Origin: Escherichia coli
GTDB lineage: Bacteria; Pseudomonadota; Gammaproteobacteria; Enterobacterales; Enterobacteriaceae
Direction: 5' to 3' (one strand)
Assembly: GCF_013315695.1 (NCBI RefSeq)
Contig: NZ_CP054353.1
Length of the DNA stretch: 64,000 nucleotides
The notes under the pieces were generated by a model. It searched no databases. It saw only the letters and a list, made by a program, of their open reading frames with translations, and had not been told where the DNA came from. Shown piece by piece: positions 1 through 11,836 of the stretch. Every line of letters begins with the position of its first letter. Position 1 is the stretch's first letter. Made by a program: the position numbers and the translations under genes.

Positions 1-187
1 AGATAATTGTTCTGGCTCCACCACTCTTTCCTTGTTGGAGGGGTAAACGTTTTTTGATGACACCGCTACCTAAATCAGCCTCCCATATGCCCTGCATCAC
101 TTCTTCAGCGGCAGCCATGAGAACTTTATCGTGAATACCAAGTTTTTTCGTGCTTTGGCTGAATCGTCTTGCCTTATACACACCCAT
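1..187 (-). CDS. Partial CDS (N-terminal ~62 codons, continues past left window edge): RelE/ParE-superfamily (HigB-2/Gp49-like) toxin candidate
   Basis: Manual minus-strand translation from ATG at 185-187: MGVYKARRFSQSTKKLGIHDKVLMAAAEEVMQGIWEADLGSGVIKKRLPLQQGKSGGARTII... The G-x-G...GKSGG-R-I motif is typical of this toxin family. Absent from ORF track because it runs off the edge. Confidence 0.4.
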   Translation of the reverse strand, partial: MGVYKARRFSQSTKKLGIHDKVLMAAAEEVMQGIWEADLGSGVIKKRLPLQQGKSGGARTII

Positions 188-412
188 ACATCCATCCTTG
201 TGGTAATGTTTACTATAGTAACCATTACGCTTATTTCAAGTAATTGCGATCAAAACTTTAATTTGGTGTGAAAAAGTGAGAGTTGCCTCGAGTACGATAC
301 ATTTTTCTCGATTTATGCGTCAGGGGATTTTGTGCGTAAGGGTAGGACATCGGGAAGGGTAGCAGAGGCAGATCGAAGAACAATATCCTTGTTAGATCTG
401 CCTTTAAATTAA

Positions 413-1738
413 TTAAACCCGGCTACCCCACAAATCGTACTCATCGGCGTGCTCGACTTTCACACGCAGGATATCACCCGGCTTAACGTTGGTTTCACCA
501 TTGAGATAAACCGCGCCGTCGATTTCCGGTGCATCTGCCATGCTGCGACCAATCGCACCTTCTTCGTCCACTTCGTCGATAATCACCAGAATTTCACGGC
601 CCACTTTCTCTTGCAGGCGCTCGGCGGAAATCTGCTGCTGCAACTGCATGAAACGGTTCCAGCGTTCTTCTTTCACTTCTTCCGGAACCTGGTCAGGCAG
701 GGCATTGGCGTCTGCACCTTCAACCGGGCTGTATTTAAAGCAGCCAACGCGATCCAGACGTGCTTCTTTCAGGAAGTCGAGTAGCATCTGGAAATCTTCT
801 TCCGTCTCGCCAGGGAAGCCGACAATAAAGGTTGAGCGTAGGGTCAGTTCCGGGCAGATTTCGCGCCACTGTTTGATGCGCGCCAGTTGGCGATCTACAG
901 AACCCGGACGCTTCATCAGTTTGAGAATGCGCGGGCTGGCGTGCTGCAACGGAATGTCCAGATACGGCAGGATTTTGCCTTCTGCCATCAGTGGGATGAC
1001 GTCGTCCACATGCGGATAAGGGTAAACGTAGTGCAGACGTGTCCAGATCCCCAGTTTCGATAACTGTTCGCACAGGCTGACCATGCTGGTTTTTACGGGC
1101 TCGCCGTTGTGGAAGCCAGTACGATGTTTAACATCGACGCCATACGCGGAAGTATCCTGCGAGATCACCAGAATCTCTTTAACGCCCGCATCAACCAGAC
1201 GTTTCGCTTCACTTAACACTTCGCCAATCGGACGGCTCACCAGGTCGCCGCGCATAGACGGAATAATGCAGAAGGTGCAGCGGTGATTACAGCCTTCAGA
1301 AATTTTCAGATAGGCATAATGACGCGGTGTCAGTTTCACACCTTGTTCTGGCACCAGGCTCAGGAATGGGTTGTGTTTCGGTTTTGGCACGTAGTGATGA
1401 ACGTGCTCCAGAACCTGCTCATAGCTATGAGGCCCGGTGATTTCCAGCACTTTCGGGTGGACTTCGCGGATCTGATCTTCTTTTGCCCCCAGACAACCGG
1501 TCACAATTACCTTGCCGTTTTCATTCAACGCTTCACCAATGGCTTCCAGTGATTCTTGTACCGCGCTGTCAATAAAGCCGCAGGTGTTGACGATCACCAT
1601 GTCCGCATCGTCATAGCTCGGTACCACGTCATAACCTTCAGTGCGTAGTTCGGTGAGAATACGCTCTGAATCGACAAGGTTTTTCGGACAGCCAAGGGAA
1701 ACAAAGCCGATTTTCGGCTGGGGAGTTACTTTGCTCAT
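413..1738 (-). CDS. rimO: Ribosomal protein S12 methylthiotransferase RimO (radical SAM MTTase)
   Basis: 441-aa ORF with N-terminal MTTase domain, radical-SAM CNHRCTFC motif and C-terminal TRAM-like region; full-length match to recalled E. coli RimO. Confidence 0.93.
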
Positions 1739-1950
1739 AGCTTAAAAAATATTCAGTTACAGGAAAGGTCAGGGCAGGGATTCTACAGAGTTCTGGATAA
1801 AATTTGTATCGCAATCTCATTCGCTGACGGAGGCGAAGGAAATGTAAATTTTGTTAATTCGGCGTGAAGAATTGATCCTGGACAGCATTTTGCTCAAAAA
1901 ATAGCCATACTATTTAATTGCAACAAGGCTGGAAAGAGGAGGATCGAAGT

Positions 1951-2334
1951 ATGTTCGTTGACAGACAGCGAATCGACCTGCTGAACCGGTTGATCGACGC
2001 ACGCGTTGACCTCGCCGCATACGTGCAACTGAGGAAGGCAAAAGGATACATGTCCGTCAGCGAAAGCAATCATCTACGAGATAACTTTTTTAAACTGAAT
2101 CGCGAACTGCACGATAAATCGCTGCGGTTGAATCTTCATCTGGATCAGGAAGAGTGGAGTGCTCTTCATCATGCTGAAGAAGCATTAGCGACAGCCGCAG
2201 TATGTTTGATGAGTGGGCACCATGATTGCCCGACTGTTATTACAGTCAACGCCGATAAGCTTGAAAATTGTCTGATGAGCTTAACGCTGAGTATCCAGAG
2301 CCTGCAGAAGCACGCCATGCTTGAGAAGGCCTGA
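1951..2334 (+). CDS. bssR: Biofilm regulator BssR
   Basis: 127-aa protein from internal ATG (MFVDRQRIDLLNRL...) inside the 138-aa ORF; matches recalled E. coli BssR (YliH) and its position next to rimO. Confidence 0.85.
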   Translation: MFVDRQRIDLLNRLIDARVDLAAYVQLRKAKGYMSVSESNHLRDNFFKLNRELHDKSLRLNLHLDQEEWSALHHAEEALATAAVCLMSGHHDCPTVITVNADKLENCLMSLTLSIQSLQKHAMLEKA

Positions 2335-2338
2335 AAAC

Positions 2339-2375
2339 TAAGGGGGAGAAAGCGTCTCCCCCTTCATGTTTAAGT
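2339..2375 (+). terminator. Candidate intrinsic terminator downstream of bssR
   Basis: GC hairpin aagggggaga-aagcg-tctccccctt followed by a T-rich stretch. Confidence 0.45.
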
Positions 2376-2444
2376 TTTTGTAAAAATGAATTTGTTATCT
2401 CCTCCACTGACTACGCTTTAAGCCAGAGTCAATCCGGAGGCGTT

Positions 2445-3560
2445 ATGCATCGACAATCCTTTTTCCTTGTGCCCCTTATTTGTCTTTCTTCCGCTCTCTG
2501 GGCGGCTCCTGCAACGGTAAATGTCGAAGTACTGCAAGACAAACTCGACCATCCCTGGGCGCTGGCCTTTTTACCCGACAATCACGGTATGTTAATCACT
2601 CTGCGCGGCGGCGAGTTGCGTCACTGGCAAGCAGGAAAAGGATTATCTGCGCCGCTTTCCGGAGTGCCGGAAGTTTGGGCGCACGGGCAGGGTGGCCTGC
2701 TGGATGTGGTTTTAGCGCCTGATTTTGCTCAGTCTCGCCGCATCTGGTTAAGTTATTCCGAAGTTGGCGATGATGGCAAAGCCGGAACTGCTGTGGGTTA
2801 TGGCCGCTTAAGTGATGATCTCTCAAAGGTGACCGACTTCCGCACCGTCTTTCGCCAGATGCCAAAACTGTCTACCGGCAACCATTTTGGCGGGCGGCTG
2901 GTATTCGACGGTAAAGGTTATCTTTTTATTGCTCTGGGCGAAAACAATCAGCGCCCGACGGCGCAGGATCTGGATAAATTACAGGGCAAACTGGTGCGTC
3001 TGACCGACCAGGGCGAAATCCCGGATGATAATCCTTTTATAAAGGAATCCGGTGCACGCGCCGAGATCTGGTCTTATGGCATTCGTAATCCGCAAGGAAT
3101 GGCGATGAATCCGTGGAGTAATGCACTATGGCTGAATGAACATGGCCCGCGCGGTGGCGATGAAATTAATATCCCGCAAAAAGGCAAAAACTACGGCTGG
3201 CCGCTGGCAACCTGGGGAATCAACTATTCGGGCTTTAAAATACCGGAAGCGAAAGGGGAGATCGTCGCCGGGACCGAGCAACCTGTTTTTTACTGGAAAG
3301 ATTCGCCCGCCGTGAGCGGCATGGCCTTCTATAACAGCGATAAATTCCCCCAGTGGCAGCAAAAATTATTTATTGGCGCGCTGAAAGATAAAGATGTCAT
3401 TGTGATGAGCGTCAACGGCGACAAAGTGACAGAAGATGGCCGTATTTTAACGGACAGAGGGCAGCGAATTCGTGATGTTCGCACTGGACCCGACGGTTAT
3501 TTATACGTTCTCACCGACGAGTCCAGTGGGGAATTACTTAAAGTTAGCCCACGCAATTAG
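2445..3560 (+). CDS. yliI: Soluble aldose sugar dehydrogenase (PQQ-dependent), YliI
   Basis: 371-aa ORF with signal peptide; length and synteny match E. coli YliI. Confidence 0.9.
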
Positions 3561-4183
3561 CTAACGGGAATCATCACCACTTTGCGCACTGCGGGGCGTT
3601 CAGTGAGTTGCTGATACCAGCGTTGCAGATTTGGACGCGGTGTCCAGGTCAGGCCAACGTTAAACAAATTGTAGATGAACGGTGCGATAGCGATATCGCC
3701 CACACCAAACTCGTCGCCGGAGAACCATTTTACTTTTGCCAGTTCCGCATCGAGCAGGGCAAACAGGGCGTCGCACTCTTTACAACTGGCATCAATGGCG
3801 GCCTGATCGCGCTCTTCCGGTGGTGTTCTGACTAATCCCATCAGGATCCCGCGATGGGCATTACTGAGCGTCTGGTTTGCCCAGTCCATCCATTTTTCTG
3901 CTTCCGCACGACGTGCCGGTGAGTCGATCCACAGGCGTTTTTGCCCGTACTGTGCCGCCAGATAGCGGACAATGGCGTTTGATTCCCAAAGAATGAGATC
4001 ACTTTCGTCGTCACGCAACAACGGCACCAGCCCGTTAGGGTTCATCGCCAGAAAATCAGCATCGTGATTTATCCCAAACTCACGGCCCGCGAGAATTTGC
4101 TCATAAGGTAGTTCCAGTTCTTCGAGCGTCAGCAATACTTTTTTTACGTTGGTTGAATTATTCCGACCCCACAGCGTAATCAT
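3557..4183 (-). CDS. gstB: Glutathione S-transferase GstB
   Basis: 208-aa product starting [16 protein letters not shown]; GST fold; synteny with yliI and dacC. Confidence 0.88.
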
Positions 4184-4429
4184 ACTCACCCCTTTTCCGA
4201 CAGGCAGCCACAGGCTGAACAGGACTCCGATGGTGAAGTAAAGTTAACTTTTAAGCAACAGCTGGCAAAAAAATGACACCAGAAGCAGCGAAGCGGCAGG
4301 ATATTGCATAAACTTTAAAAACTTTACCAACTTACGGTTTCTTTAAGTTTGTGTGTGCGTTATTAATCACCGAACTTATCATACGGCGATATAACGTATT
4401 TTTTTTGAATGGATACTCGGGTGGCATTT

Positions 4430-5632
4430 ATGACGCAATACTCCTCTCTCCTTCGTGGTCTTGCAGCGGGTTCTGCATTTTTATTCCTTTTTGCCCCAAC
4501 GGCATTCGCGGCGGAACAAACCGTTGAAGCGCCGAGCGTGGATGCGCGTGCATGGATTTTAATGGATTACGCCAGCGGTAAAGTGCTGGCAGAAGGCAAC
4601 GCGGATGAGAAACTGGATCCCGCGAGCCTGACTAAAATCATGACCAGCTATGTGGTTGGGCAGGCGCTTAAGGCCGATAAGATTAAACTCACCGATATGG
4701 TGACGGTCGGTAAAGATGCCTGGGCGACGGGAAATCCGGCACTGCGTGGTTCATCGGTAATGTTCCTCAAACCGGGCGATCAGGTTTCGGTGGCAGACTT
4801 GAACAAAGGTGTGATTATCCAGTCCGGTAATGACGCCTGTATTGCGCTGGCCGATTACGTTGCCGGGAGCCAGGAGTCATTTATTGGTTTGATGAATGGT
4901 TATGCCAAAAAACTGGGTCTGACCAACACTACCTTCCAGACGGTGCACGGTCTGGATGCGCCGGGGCAGTTCAGTACCGCGCGCGATATGGCATTGCTGG
5001 GTAAAGCATTAATCCACGATGTGCCGGAAGAGTACGCCATTCATAAAGAGAAAGAGTTCACCTTCAACAAAATTCGTCAGCCTAACCGTAACCGTCTGCT
5101 GTGGAGCAGCAATCTGAATGTTGATGGCATGAAGACAGGAACCACTGCAGGCGCGGGATATAATCTGGTTGCTTCGGCTACCCAGGGTGATATGCGTTTA
5201 ATCTCCGTAGTGCTGGGGGCGAAAACTGACCGTATCCGTTTTAATGAGTCTGAGAAATTATTGACCTGGGGTTTCCGCTTCTTTGAAACCGTGACGCCAA
5301 TTAAACCTGATGCCACCTTTGTGACTCAGCGCGTCTGGTTTGGTGATAAGAGCGAAGTGAATCTCGGGGCAGGTGAAGCGGGCTCAGTGACCATACCGCG
5401 TGGGCAGCTGAAAAACCTGAAAGCGAGTTATACGTTAACGGAACCGCAGCTTACCGCACCGCTGAAAAAAGGTCAGGTTGTCGGGACCATTGATTTCCAG
5501 CTTAACGGTAAATCCATTGAGCAGCGTCCGCTGATCGTGATGGAAAATGTGGAAGAGGGCGGATTCTTTGGTCGGATGTGGGATTTCGTGATGATGAAAT
5601 TCCATCAGTGGTTCGGCAGCTGGTTCTCTTAA
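4430..5632 (+). CDS. dacC: D-alanyl-D-alanine carboxypeptidase PBP6
   Basis: 400-aa product from internal ATG ([11 protein letters not shown]...); signal peptide and SxxK active-site motif (SLTK). Confidence 0.92.
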   Translation: MTQYSSLLRGLAAGSAFLFLFAPTAFAAEQTVEAPSVDARAWILMDYASGKVLAEGNADEKLDPASLTKIMTSYVVGQALKADKIKLTDMVTVGKDAWATGNPALRGSSVMFLKPGDQVSVADLNKGVIIQSGNDACIALADYVAGSQESFIGLMNGYAKKLGLTNTTFQTVHGLDAPGQFSTARDMALLGKALIHDVPEEYAIHKEKEFTFNKIRQPNRNRLLWSSNLNVDGMKTGTTAGAGYNLVASATQGDMRLISVVLGAKTDRIRFNESEKLLTWGFRFFETVTPIKPDATFVTQRVWFGDKSEVNLGAGEAGSVTIPRGQLKNLKASYTLTEPQLTAPLKKGQVVGTIDFQLNGKSIEQRPLIVMENVEEGGFFGRMWDFVMMKFHQWFGSWFS

Positions 5633-5678
5633 TCTTCTGATAACCGGATGGCGCGAAACGTCATCCGGTTATACTTCA

Positions 5679-6437
5679 TTAATACATCAACTTAATACGC
5701 TGCGTCTGCGCGTACTTCACATACTCATCTTCCGGGCAACAATCGCTCACCATAATATCAAAGCGTTTCAGGTCACCCATGCGCGCCGGACGCACCTTGC
5801 CAAATTTACTGTGGTCGACAACCAGCACATGCTTTTGCGCCATCGACATGGCCCAGTGTTTTACCGGCAACTCTTCAAGATTAAAACAGGTAGCGCCTTT
5901 ACTGACATGCACGCCCGCCGCAGAATAAAAAGCGATATCCGGGCAAAAATTATTCAGCGTTTGCTGAAAATCGATGGGTTTGAAAATGGCGTTGCTGGCG
6001 TGAAATTCACCACCACACAGAAACGCGCGGCAATGAGGTTTCTCTTTCAGCGCCAGAAAGGTATTTAGCGAATAACAAACGGCGGTAAAAGGGATTTCAT
6101 TATCAATCGCTTCAATAATCCACGGTGTGGTGGTGCCACAGTCAAAAAAGAGGGTCTGATCGGGTTCTACCAGAGTCGCAGCCAGTTTTGCCGCCCGGCG
6201 TTTTTCTTCCACCAGGCGGGATTTTTGATCGCTTAACAGGTAATGGCTGGCGCTGCGCGGTTCCAGAACAATATAGCCGCCGAGCAAAACGACGGGCGCA
6301 CTGTGGTTGTTCAGATCGCGACGAATCGTCATCTCCGAAACCCCAAGCAGGGCGGCGGCGTCTTTAAGATGTAACTTATCGCTGCGTTTTAATTCTTGCA
6401 GCAGCTGCCCGATACGCTCTTCGCGACGTGTTTCCAT
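5679..6437 (-). CDS. deoR: Deoxyribose operon repressor DeoR
   Basis: 252-aa ORF with N-terminal HTH and DeoR-type sugar-binding C-terminus. Confidence 0.92.
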   Translation of the reverse strand: METRREERIGQLLQELKRSDKLHLKDAAALLGVSEMTIRRDLNNHSAPVVLLGGYIVLEPRSASHYLLSDQKSRLVEEKRRAAKLAATLVEPDQTLFFDCGTTTPWIIEAIDNEIPFTAVCYSLNTFLALKEKPHCRAFLCGGEFHASNAIFKPIDFQQTLNNFCPDIAFYSAAGVHVSKGATCFNLEELPVKHWAMSMAQKHVLVVDHSKFGKVRPARMGDLKRFDIMVSDCCPEDEYVKYAQTQRIKLMY

Positions 6438-6494
6438 AATCCCTCTGAATAGTTATTGAAGCGAGCCGCTCAATACTACACTTTTTAGCAGAGA

Positions 6495-7091
6495 TCAGTC
6501 ACGCACCCAGCCTTTGCGGATCGGTAATGCAAAACAGAAGCGATACCACGATTGCAGACGTTGATAGAGTTTATGCCCCATCGCTTGCCAGATAATCTGG
6601 GCGCTAAGGCAGCCAATCATACCTGCCAGCAATCCACCGAGCATATCCAGCGGCCAGTGGACGCCAAGATAAACGCGCGACCAGGCAATGACGACGGCCA
6701 GCACCATTAAAAGTGAGCCGGACCACAGGCGATGCCAGCATAAAAATGCCAGTGCAAAGGTGAAAATCACCGTACCGTGATCGCTCGGGAATGAGTCATC
6801 CGCCGCATGATGCAGGAAGTTATAGCCGATATTTTCGACAAAGGGTCGGTCGTGCGGAAAAAGATGTCCCATCGTCCAGGACACCAACAGGCTGACCGCC
6901 AGCGCGATAGCGATTTTTATCACCAGTTGCCGTTGTGCTGTAAGCCCCCACAACCAAAGTACCGCGGCCAGCAACGGCACCACGGTAATCAAGTCTTTAG
7001 CAATAAAAATCGCCAACGAGATCATCCACGGCGCAGAGTCTGGCGTCGCGTTAATAAGAGAGAATAGAGAGAGATTCAAATTTTCCAGCAT
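6495..7091 (-). CDS. ybjG: Undecaprenyl-pyrophosphate phosphatase (PAP2 family) YbjG
   Basis: 198-aa product from internal ATG (MLENLNLSLF...); PAP2 membrane phosphatase motifs; synteny. Confidence 0.88.
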   Translation of the reverse strand: MLENLNLSLFSLINATPDSAPWMISLAIFIAKDLITVVPLLAAVLWLWGLTAQRQLVIKIAIALAVSLLVSWTMGHLFPHDRPFVENIGYNFLHHAADDSFPSDHGTVIFTFALAFLCWHRLWSGSLLMVLAVVIAWSRVYLGVHWPLDMLGGLLAGMIGCLSAQIIWQAMGHKLYQRLQSWYRFCFALPIRKGWVRD

Positions 7092-7375
7092 AACTTCCCG
7101 ACGCAAAGTGATTAAAAGGGAGCCAATACAGGCAAGTCGTTGAGAATAAAGTGCAGGTTAAACTGGGTAAAGCGGCATCGTCTTATTTCCCTCAAGCGGC
7201 CTGTTTACGGTGGGTGATTGTAACGGGCATAGGTTAAATAAAACTTAAAGAAAGCGTAGCTATACTCGCAATAATGTAAGAATGTGCTTAACCGTGGTTT
7301 CAGCTACAAAATTTGCTTTCTCGTTAGCTGCGCTTTTATTAAACTTTGCGCGATTATTATTGGCGAAGAAATTGC

Positions 7376-8608
7376 ATGCAAAATAAATTAGCTTCCGGTG
7401 CCAGGCTTGGACGTCAGGCGTTACTTTTCCCTCTCTGTCTGGTGCTTTACGAATTTTCAACCTATATCGGCAACGATATGATTCAACCCGGTATGTTGGC
7501 CGTGGTGGAACAATATCAGGCGGGCATTGATTGGGTTCCTACTTCGATGACCGCGTATCTGGCGGGCGGGATGTTTTTACAATGGCTCCTGGGGCCGCTG
7601 TCGGATCGTATTGGTCGCCGTCCGGTGATGCTGGCGGGAGTGGTGTGGTTTATCGTCACCTGTCTGGCAATATTACTGGCGCAAAACATTGAACAATTCA
7701 CCCTGTTGCGCTTCTTGCAGGGCATAAGCCTCTGTTTCATTGGCGCTGTGGGATACGCCGCAATTCAGGAATCCTTCGAAGAGGCGGTTTGTATCAAGAT
7801 CACCGCGCTGATGGCGAACGTGGCGCTGATTGCTCCGCTACTTGGTCCGCTGGTGGGCGCGGCGTGGATCCATGTGCTGCCCTGGGAGGGGATGTTTGTC
7901 TTGTTTGCCGCATTGGCAGCGATCTCCTTTTTCGGTCTGCAACGAGCCATGCCTGAAACCGCCACGCGTATAGGCGAGAAACTGTCGCTGAAAGAACTCG
8001 GTCGTGACTATAAGCTGGTGCTGAAGAACGGTCGCTTTGTGGCGGGGGCGCTGGCGCTGGGATTCGTTAGCCTGCCATTGCTGGCGTGGATCGCCCAGTC
8101 GCCGATTATCATCATTACCGGCGAGCAGTTGAGCAGCTATGAATATGGTTTGCTGCAAGTGCCTATTTTCGGGGCGTTAATTGCGGGTAACTTGCTGTTA
8201 GCGCGTCTGACCTCGCGCCGCACCGTACGTTCGCTGATTATTATGGGCGGCTGGCCGATTATGATTGGTCTGTTGGTCGCTGCTGCGGCAACGGTTATCT
8301 CATCGCATGCGTATTTATGGATGACCGCCGGGTTAAGTCTTTATGCTTTCGGTATTGGTCTGGCGAATGCGGGACTGGTGCGATTAACCCTGTTTGCCAG
8401 CGATATGAGTAAAGGTACGGTTTCTGCGGCGATGGGGATGTTGCAAATGCTGATCTTTACCGTCGGTATTGAAATCAGCAAACATGCCTGGCTGAACGGG
8501 GGCAACGGACTGTTTAATCTCTTCAACCTTGTCAACGGCATTTTGTGGCTGTTGCTGATGGTTATCTTTTTAAAAGATAAACAGATGGGAAATTCGCACG
8601 AAGGGTAA
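7376..8608 (+). CDS. mdfA: Multidrug efflux MFS transporter MdfA (Cmr)
   Basis: 410-aa product from internal ATG ([14 protein letters not shown]...); 12-TMS MFS protein. Confidence 0.92.
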   Translation: MQNKLASGARLGRQALLFPLCLVLYEFSTYIGNDMIQPGMLAVVEQYQAGIDWVPTSMTAYLAGGMFLQWLLGPLSDRIGRRPVMLAGVVWFIVTCLAILLAQNIEQFTLLRFLQGISLCFIGAVGYAAIQESFEEAVCIKITALMANVALIAPLLGPLVGAAWIHVLPWEGMFVLFAALAAISFFGLQRAMPETATRIGEKLSLKELGRDYKLVLKNGRFVAGALALGFVSLPLLAWIAQSPIIIITGEQLSSYEYGLLQVPIFGALIAGNLLLARLTSRRTVRSLIIMGGWPIMIGLLVAAAATVISSHAYLWMTAGLSLYAFGIGLANAGLVRLTLFASDMSKGTVSAAMGMLQMLIFTVGIEISKHAWLNGGNGLFNLFNLVNGILWLLLMVIFLKDKQMGNSHEG

Positions 8609-8640
8609 AAAAATGCCTGATTGCTTTGTGCGATCAGGCA
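8607..8640 (-). terminator. Bidirectional intrinsic terminator between mdfA and ybjH
   Basis: Hairpin gcctgat...atcaggc flanked by an A7 run on the top strand, giving a T7 tail on the minus-strand transcript. Confidence 0.5.
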
Positions 8641-8648
8641 TTCTCAAA

Positions 8649-8933
8649 TTAATGGTGATGGTCGTCAATCTGGTGTTCGATAACCATCCCTTCACCTACG
8701 CTGGCAAGATGGCGAACATAAGGATGCGGGCGGTAAGCCGGAGCTGGCGCAGGAGCCACATAGACGGTTTGCGGCACAGTCGCGACGCTGACCGCTTGTG
8801 GAACGCTGACTGAATCAGGAACCACAACCACTTTGTATCCACTCGGCACATCGACGGTGACACTTTGCGCCATCGCCACACCAGTAAAGCCCATTAAAAG
8901 CGCGCCCAACAGTAGACAATTTTTCATAATCAT
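8649..8933 (-). CDS. ybjH: Small secreted protein YbjH
   Basis: 94-aa ORF with signal peptide; position matches K-12 ybjH. Confidence 0.8.
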   Translation of the reverse strand: MIMKNCLLLGALLMGFTGVAMAQSVTVDVPSGYKVVVVPDSVSVPQAVSVATVPQTVYVAPAPAPAYRPHPYVRHLASVGEGMVIEHQIDDHHH

Positions 8934-9018
8934 TTCGCCTGAAATAATGCAGCGGGTTAATTTCCGCGAATTATGCAGCCTTCATTCAGGCATTGTGTTG
9001 CCGGGCGTGCTGCCGTTT

Positions 9019-9834
9019 TTATTGGTTAAATGGCGCTTCGTGTTTAAGAACTTTATCGATCACATCCAGTACGCCTTCACGGTTATTGGAGCCTGCCCGG
9101 TATTTTGCCGCTGCGACGACCGCGCTGCCGGCATTTTCCATTGCAAAACTAAAGCCTGCCTGACGCAGCATCTCAATATCGTTACCGCCATCGCCAAAGA
9201 CCACCACTTCGCTGTCGTCTATTCCCCATAATTTCTGCAGTTGGCGAAGGCCATTGGCTTTATGTACGCCGGGGATAATCAGATCGATGCTGCCGTTGCC
9301 GGTGTGGACCGGCACCATAATATCGCCGATGGCCTCATGTAATGCTTTTTGCACTTGTGGGATCAGTTCGTCAGAGAGATTAAGGCCAAATTTAAAGAAG
9401 ATATCTTCTAAGTTGTCAAAGTTATCGACGTATTCCAGACGGTGATAATACATTTCCGCCACCGTTTTCATGGCATCGTCATATTTTTTGAGGGTATAGG
9501 CGCTATTTTTTCCGCAGGCAATAATTTCCACTTCCGGGCGCGTCAGCAAATGTTCCACGACAGTAGCAAACGCATCCTTCGACAGCTCGCCATTAAAAAC
9601 ATCTTTGCCTTCGCTCACTACCCAGCCGCCGTTTTCAGCCACAAAGGCAATTTCATTAGCAATTTCAGGGAAGAAAGAGATCAACTGATAATATTGATTC
9701 CCGCTGGCGACCACAAAGCGAATGCCTTGTGCTTTCATTTGCTGATACTGAGCCATAAACCGCTCACGGTTATAGGTTTTTTGATCGCTTAAGAAAGTAC
9801 CATCCATGTCTACCGCAATTAATTTAATGCTCAT
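9019..9834 (-). CDS. ybjI: HAD-family FMN/sugar phosphatase YbjI
   Basis: 271-aa product starting [13 protein letters not shown] (HAD DxDGT motif); start overlaps the ybjJ stop. Confidence 0.9.
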   Translation of the reverse strand: MSIKLIAVDMDGTFLSDQKTYNRERFMAQYQQMKAQGIRFVVASGNQYYQLISFFPEIANEIAFVAENGGWVVSEGKDVFNGELSKDAFATVVEHLLTRPEVEIIACGKNSAYTLKKYDDAMKTVAEMYYHRLEYVDNFDNLEDIFFKFGLNLSDELIPQVQKALHEAIGDIMVPVHTGNGSIDLIIPGVHKANGLRQLQKLWGIDDSEVVVFGDGGNDIEMLRQAGFSFAMENAGSAVVAAAKYRAGSNNREGVLDVIDKVLKHEAPFNQ

Positions 9835-11042
9835 CAACTATTCTCCATCGCCGTCTGCGTTTTGGTATCGGGTTTGGCGACGGCTTTCGCGACAATAGCC
9901 GCGAGAATAACCAGCGCCAGTACAACCAGCATTGCACTACGTAATCCATAATGTTCGCCGAGATAGCCCAGCAGCGGCGGCCCGACGAGGAAAGCCAGAT
10001 AACCGGTCGTTGCTACCACACTGACGCGGGTTGGTGCATCGGGGCCGGTATCGCTGGCGGCAGAAATGGTCAGCGGGAAGCCCAGCGAGGCACCTAGTCC
10101 CCAAAGTACAACAGACACTCCTGCGACCCAGGCGCTATCGACAAAAATAATCAGCCCAATACCCAACGCCCCCATTAGTGCACTGGCCCGAACCACGGCA
10201 ACGCGACTGTAACGGTCGATGAACCAACCGCCGGTGAGGCGTCCAACGGTCATCCCCAGGGTAAAACCGGCATAAATCAGCGAGCCGGAAGTAGGACTAA
10301 AACCGTGACCGTCAACCATTAATAAGGGTAACCAGTCGTTGGCAGAACCTTCGGCAAAGGCCATCGCCAGCACCACAACACCAATCAACAGCAACTGGAT
10401 ATCGCGATAAAAAGGTACGCCTTTTTCGCCATGCTGGGTGCCATCGGCAGCATTTTTGCCCGTACCGTCAGGGATTGCCTGAATGGCGATATAAATAGGT
10501 GCGATGCCTACCAGCGCCGCCAATAAAATATGCACCGTTGCCGGAACGCCAAAGGCCGTCAGTGCCATCCCGACACCAGCGCCTGCCAGCGTGCCCAGGC
10601 TATAAAAACCGTGCATCATCGGCAAAACCGTTTTATTCATTTCTCGCTCAACGGCGGCACCTTCAACGTTTATCGCCACTTCCGCAGAACCAAAACTTGC
10701 CCCAAAGACGCCGAGACCAACCGCGAAGAGCAGGGGCGATGTCAGCCAGAGTGCCAGACTTAGTATCATCATCCCGATCAATGCGCAGGACATCGTGACC
10801 AGGATGACATTACGCGTCCCAAAGCGTTTCACTAACCACGCCGAGCAGAGAATACCGCTCATTGAACCGATCGACAGACCAAAGAGAACACCGCCCATTT
10901 CAGCGATCGAGACAGAAAGAATGTCGCGGATAGCAGGTGTACGGGTTGCCCAGGACGCCATTAACAGGCCCGGCAAAAAGAAGAACATAAACAGCGCCCA
11001 GGTTCGGCGTTTCAATGCATTACGTGAAGAATTTAGGGTCAT
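9834..11042 (-). CDS. ybjJ: MFS transporter YbjJ
   Basis: 402-aa hydrophobic multi-TMS ORF; synteny. Confidence 0.88.
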   Translation of the reverse strand: MTLNSSRNALKRRTWALFMFFFLPGLLMASWATRTPAIRDILSVSIAEMGGVLFGLSIGSMSGILCSAWLVKRFGTRNVILVTMSCALIGMMILSLALWLTSPLLFAVGLGVFGASFGSAEVAINVEGAAVEREMNKTVLPMMHGFYSLGTLAGAGVGMALTAFGVPATVHILLAALVGIAPIYIAIQAIPDGTGKNAADGTQHGEKGVPFYRDIQLLLIGVVVLAMAFAEGSANDWLPLLMVDGHGFSPTSGSLIYAGFTLGMTVGRLTGGWFIDRYSRVAVVRASALMGALGIGLIIFVDSAWVAGVSVVLWGLGASLGFPLTISAASDTGPDAPTRVSVVATTGYLAFLVGPPLLGYLGEHYGLRSAMLVVLALVILAAIVAKAVAKPDTKTQTAMENS

Positions 11043-11125
11043 AGATCACGTCAAAATAAGAAGAGGGAAGACAACATTAGCAAGGTTGTGTACATTTGTA
11101 CACAATTGCAGAGAGAGGAAATGAC

Positions 11126-11662
11126 ATGCGTCGCGCTAACGATCCGCAACGGCGAGAAAAAATTATCCAGGCCACGCTGGAGGCGGTGAAACTTTATGGA
11201 ATACATGCTGTTACGCACCGCAAAATTGCTACCCTTGCCGGGGTACCGTTGGGGTCGATGACCTACTATTTTTCAGGAATTGATGAGTTGTTGCTGGAGG
11301 CGTTCAGCAGTTTTACTGAGATCATGTCCCGGCAATATCAGGCATTTTTTAGCGATGTTAGTGATGCTCAAGGCGCATGCCAGGCTATCACCGATATGAT
11401 CTACAGCTCACAGGTGGCAACGCCGGATAATATGGAGCTGATGTACCAGCTCTACGCGCTGGCTAGTCGAAAACCGCTATTAAAAACGGTAATGCAAAAC
11501 TGGATGCAACGCAGTCAGCAAACGCTCGAACAATGGTTTGAACCCGGAACCGCCCGCGCGCTTGATGCGTTTATTGAGGGGATGACGCTGCATTTTGTCA
11601 CCGACCGTAAGCCGCTATCGCGCGAGGAGATTTTGAGGATGGTTGAGAGGGTTGCAGGGTAG
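11126..11662 (+). CDS. rcdA: TetR-family transcriptional regulator RcdA (YbjK)
   Basis: 178-aa product from internal ATG ([21 protein letters not shown]...); TetR-type N-terminal HTH. Confidence 0.88.
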   Translation: MRRANDPQRREKIIQATLEAVKLYGIHAVTHRKIATLAGVPLGSMTYYFSGIDELLLEAFSSFTEIMSRQYQAFFSDVSDAQGACQAITDMIYSSQVATPDNMELMYQLYALASRKPLLKTVMQNWMQRSQQTLEQWFEPGTARALDAFIEGMTLHFVTDRKPLSREEILRMVERVAG

Positions 11663-11681
11663 TAGATAAATTTTAGGCAAC

Positions 11682-11760
11682 AAAAAACCCACCAACCTTG
11701 AACCGAAATGGCGGGGTTGATGGGCTCCACAAAATGGGGACATCAAAGAAAAGCAGTGGC
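11682..11760 (-). ncRNA. rybB: Sigma-E-dependent small RNA RybB
   Basis: Reverse complement reads gccactgcttttctttgatgtccccattttgtggagcccatcaaccccgccatttcggttcaaggttggtgggtttttt, matching recalled RybB including the terminator hairpin and T6 tail; located between rcdA and ybjL as in K-12. Confidence 0.85.
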
Positions 11761-11800
11761 ACTAATTAAGACTGATGCCCTGCGGAAAAGTTCTGCGGTT
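11761..11800 (-). promoter_or_regulatory. Candidate sigma-E promoter of rybB
   Basis: GAACTTT-like -35 element and TC-containing -10 region directly upstream of the RybB 5' end on the minus strand; rybB is known to be sigma-E dependent. Confidence 0.4.
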
Positions 11801-11836
11801 GTGCAAAAAAATTTCATTTTCAGGGCAACTTCAGTT

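Noticed and set aside
449-1552. Several 60-160 aa ORFs on the plus strand inside rimO (449..784, 540..1019, 1083..1286, 1283..1552)
   Set aside because: They lie antisense to or overlap a well-supported conserved gene, with no RBS or recognisable domains; typical frame artefacts.
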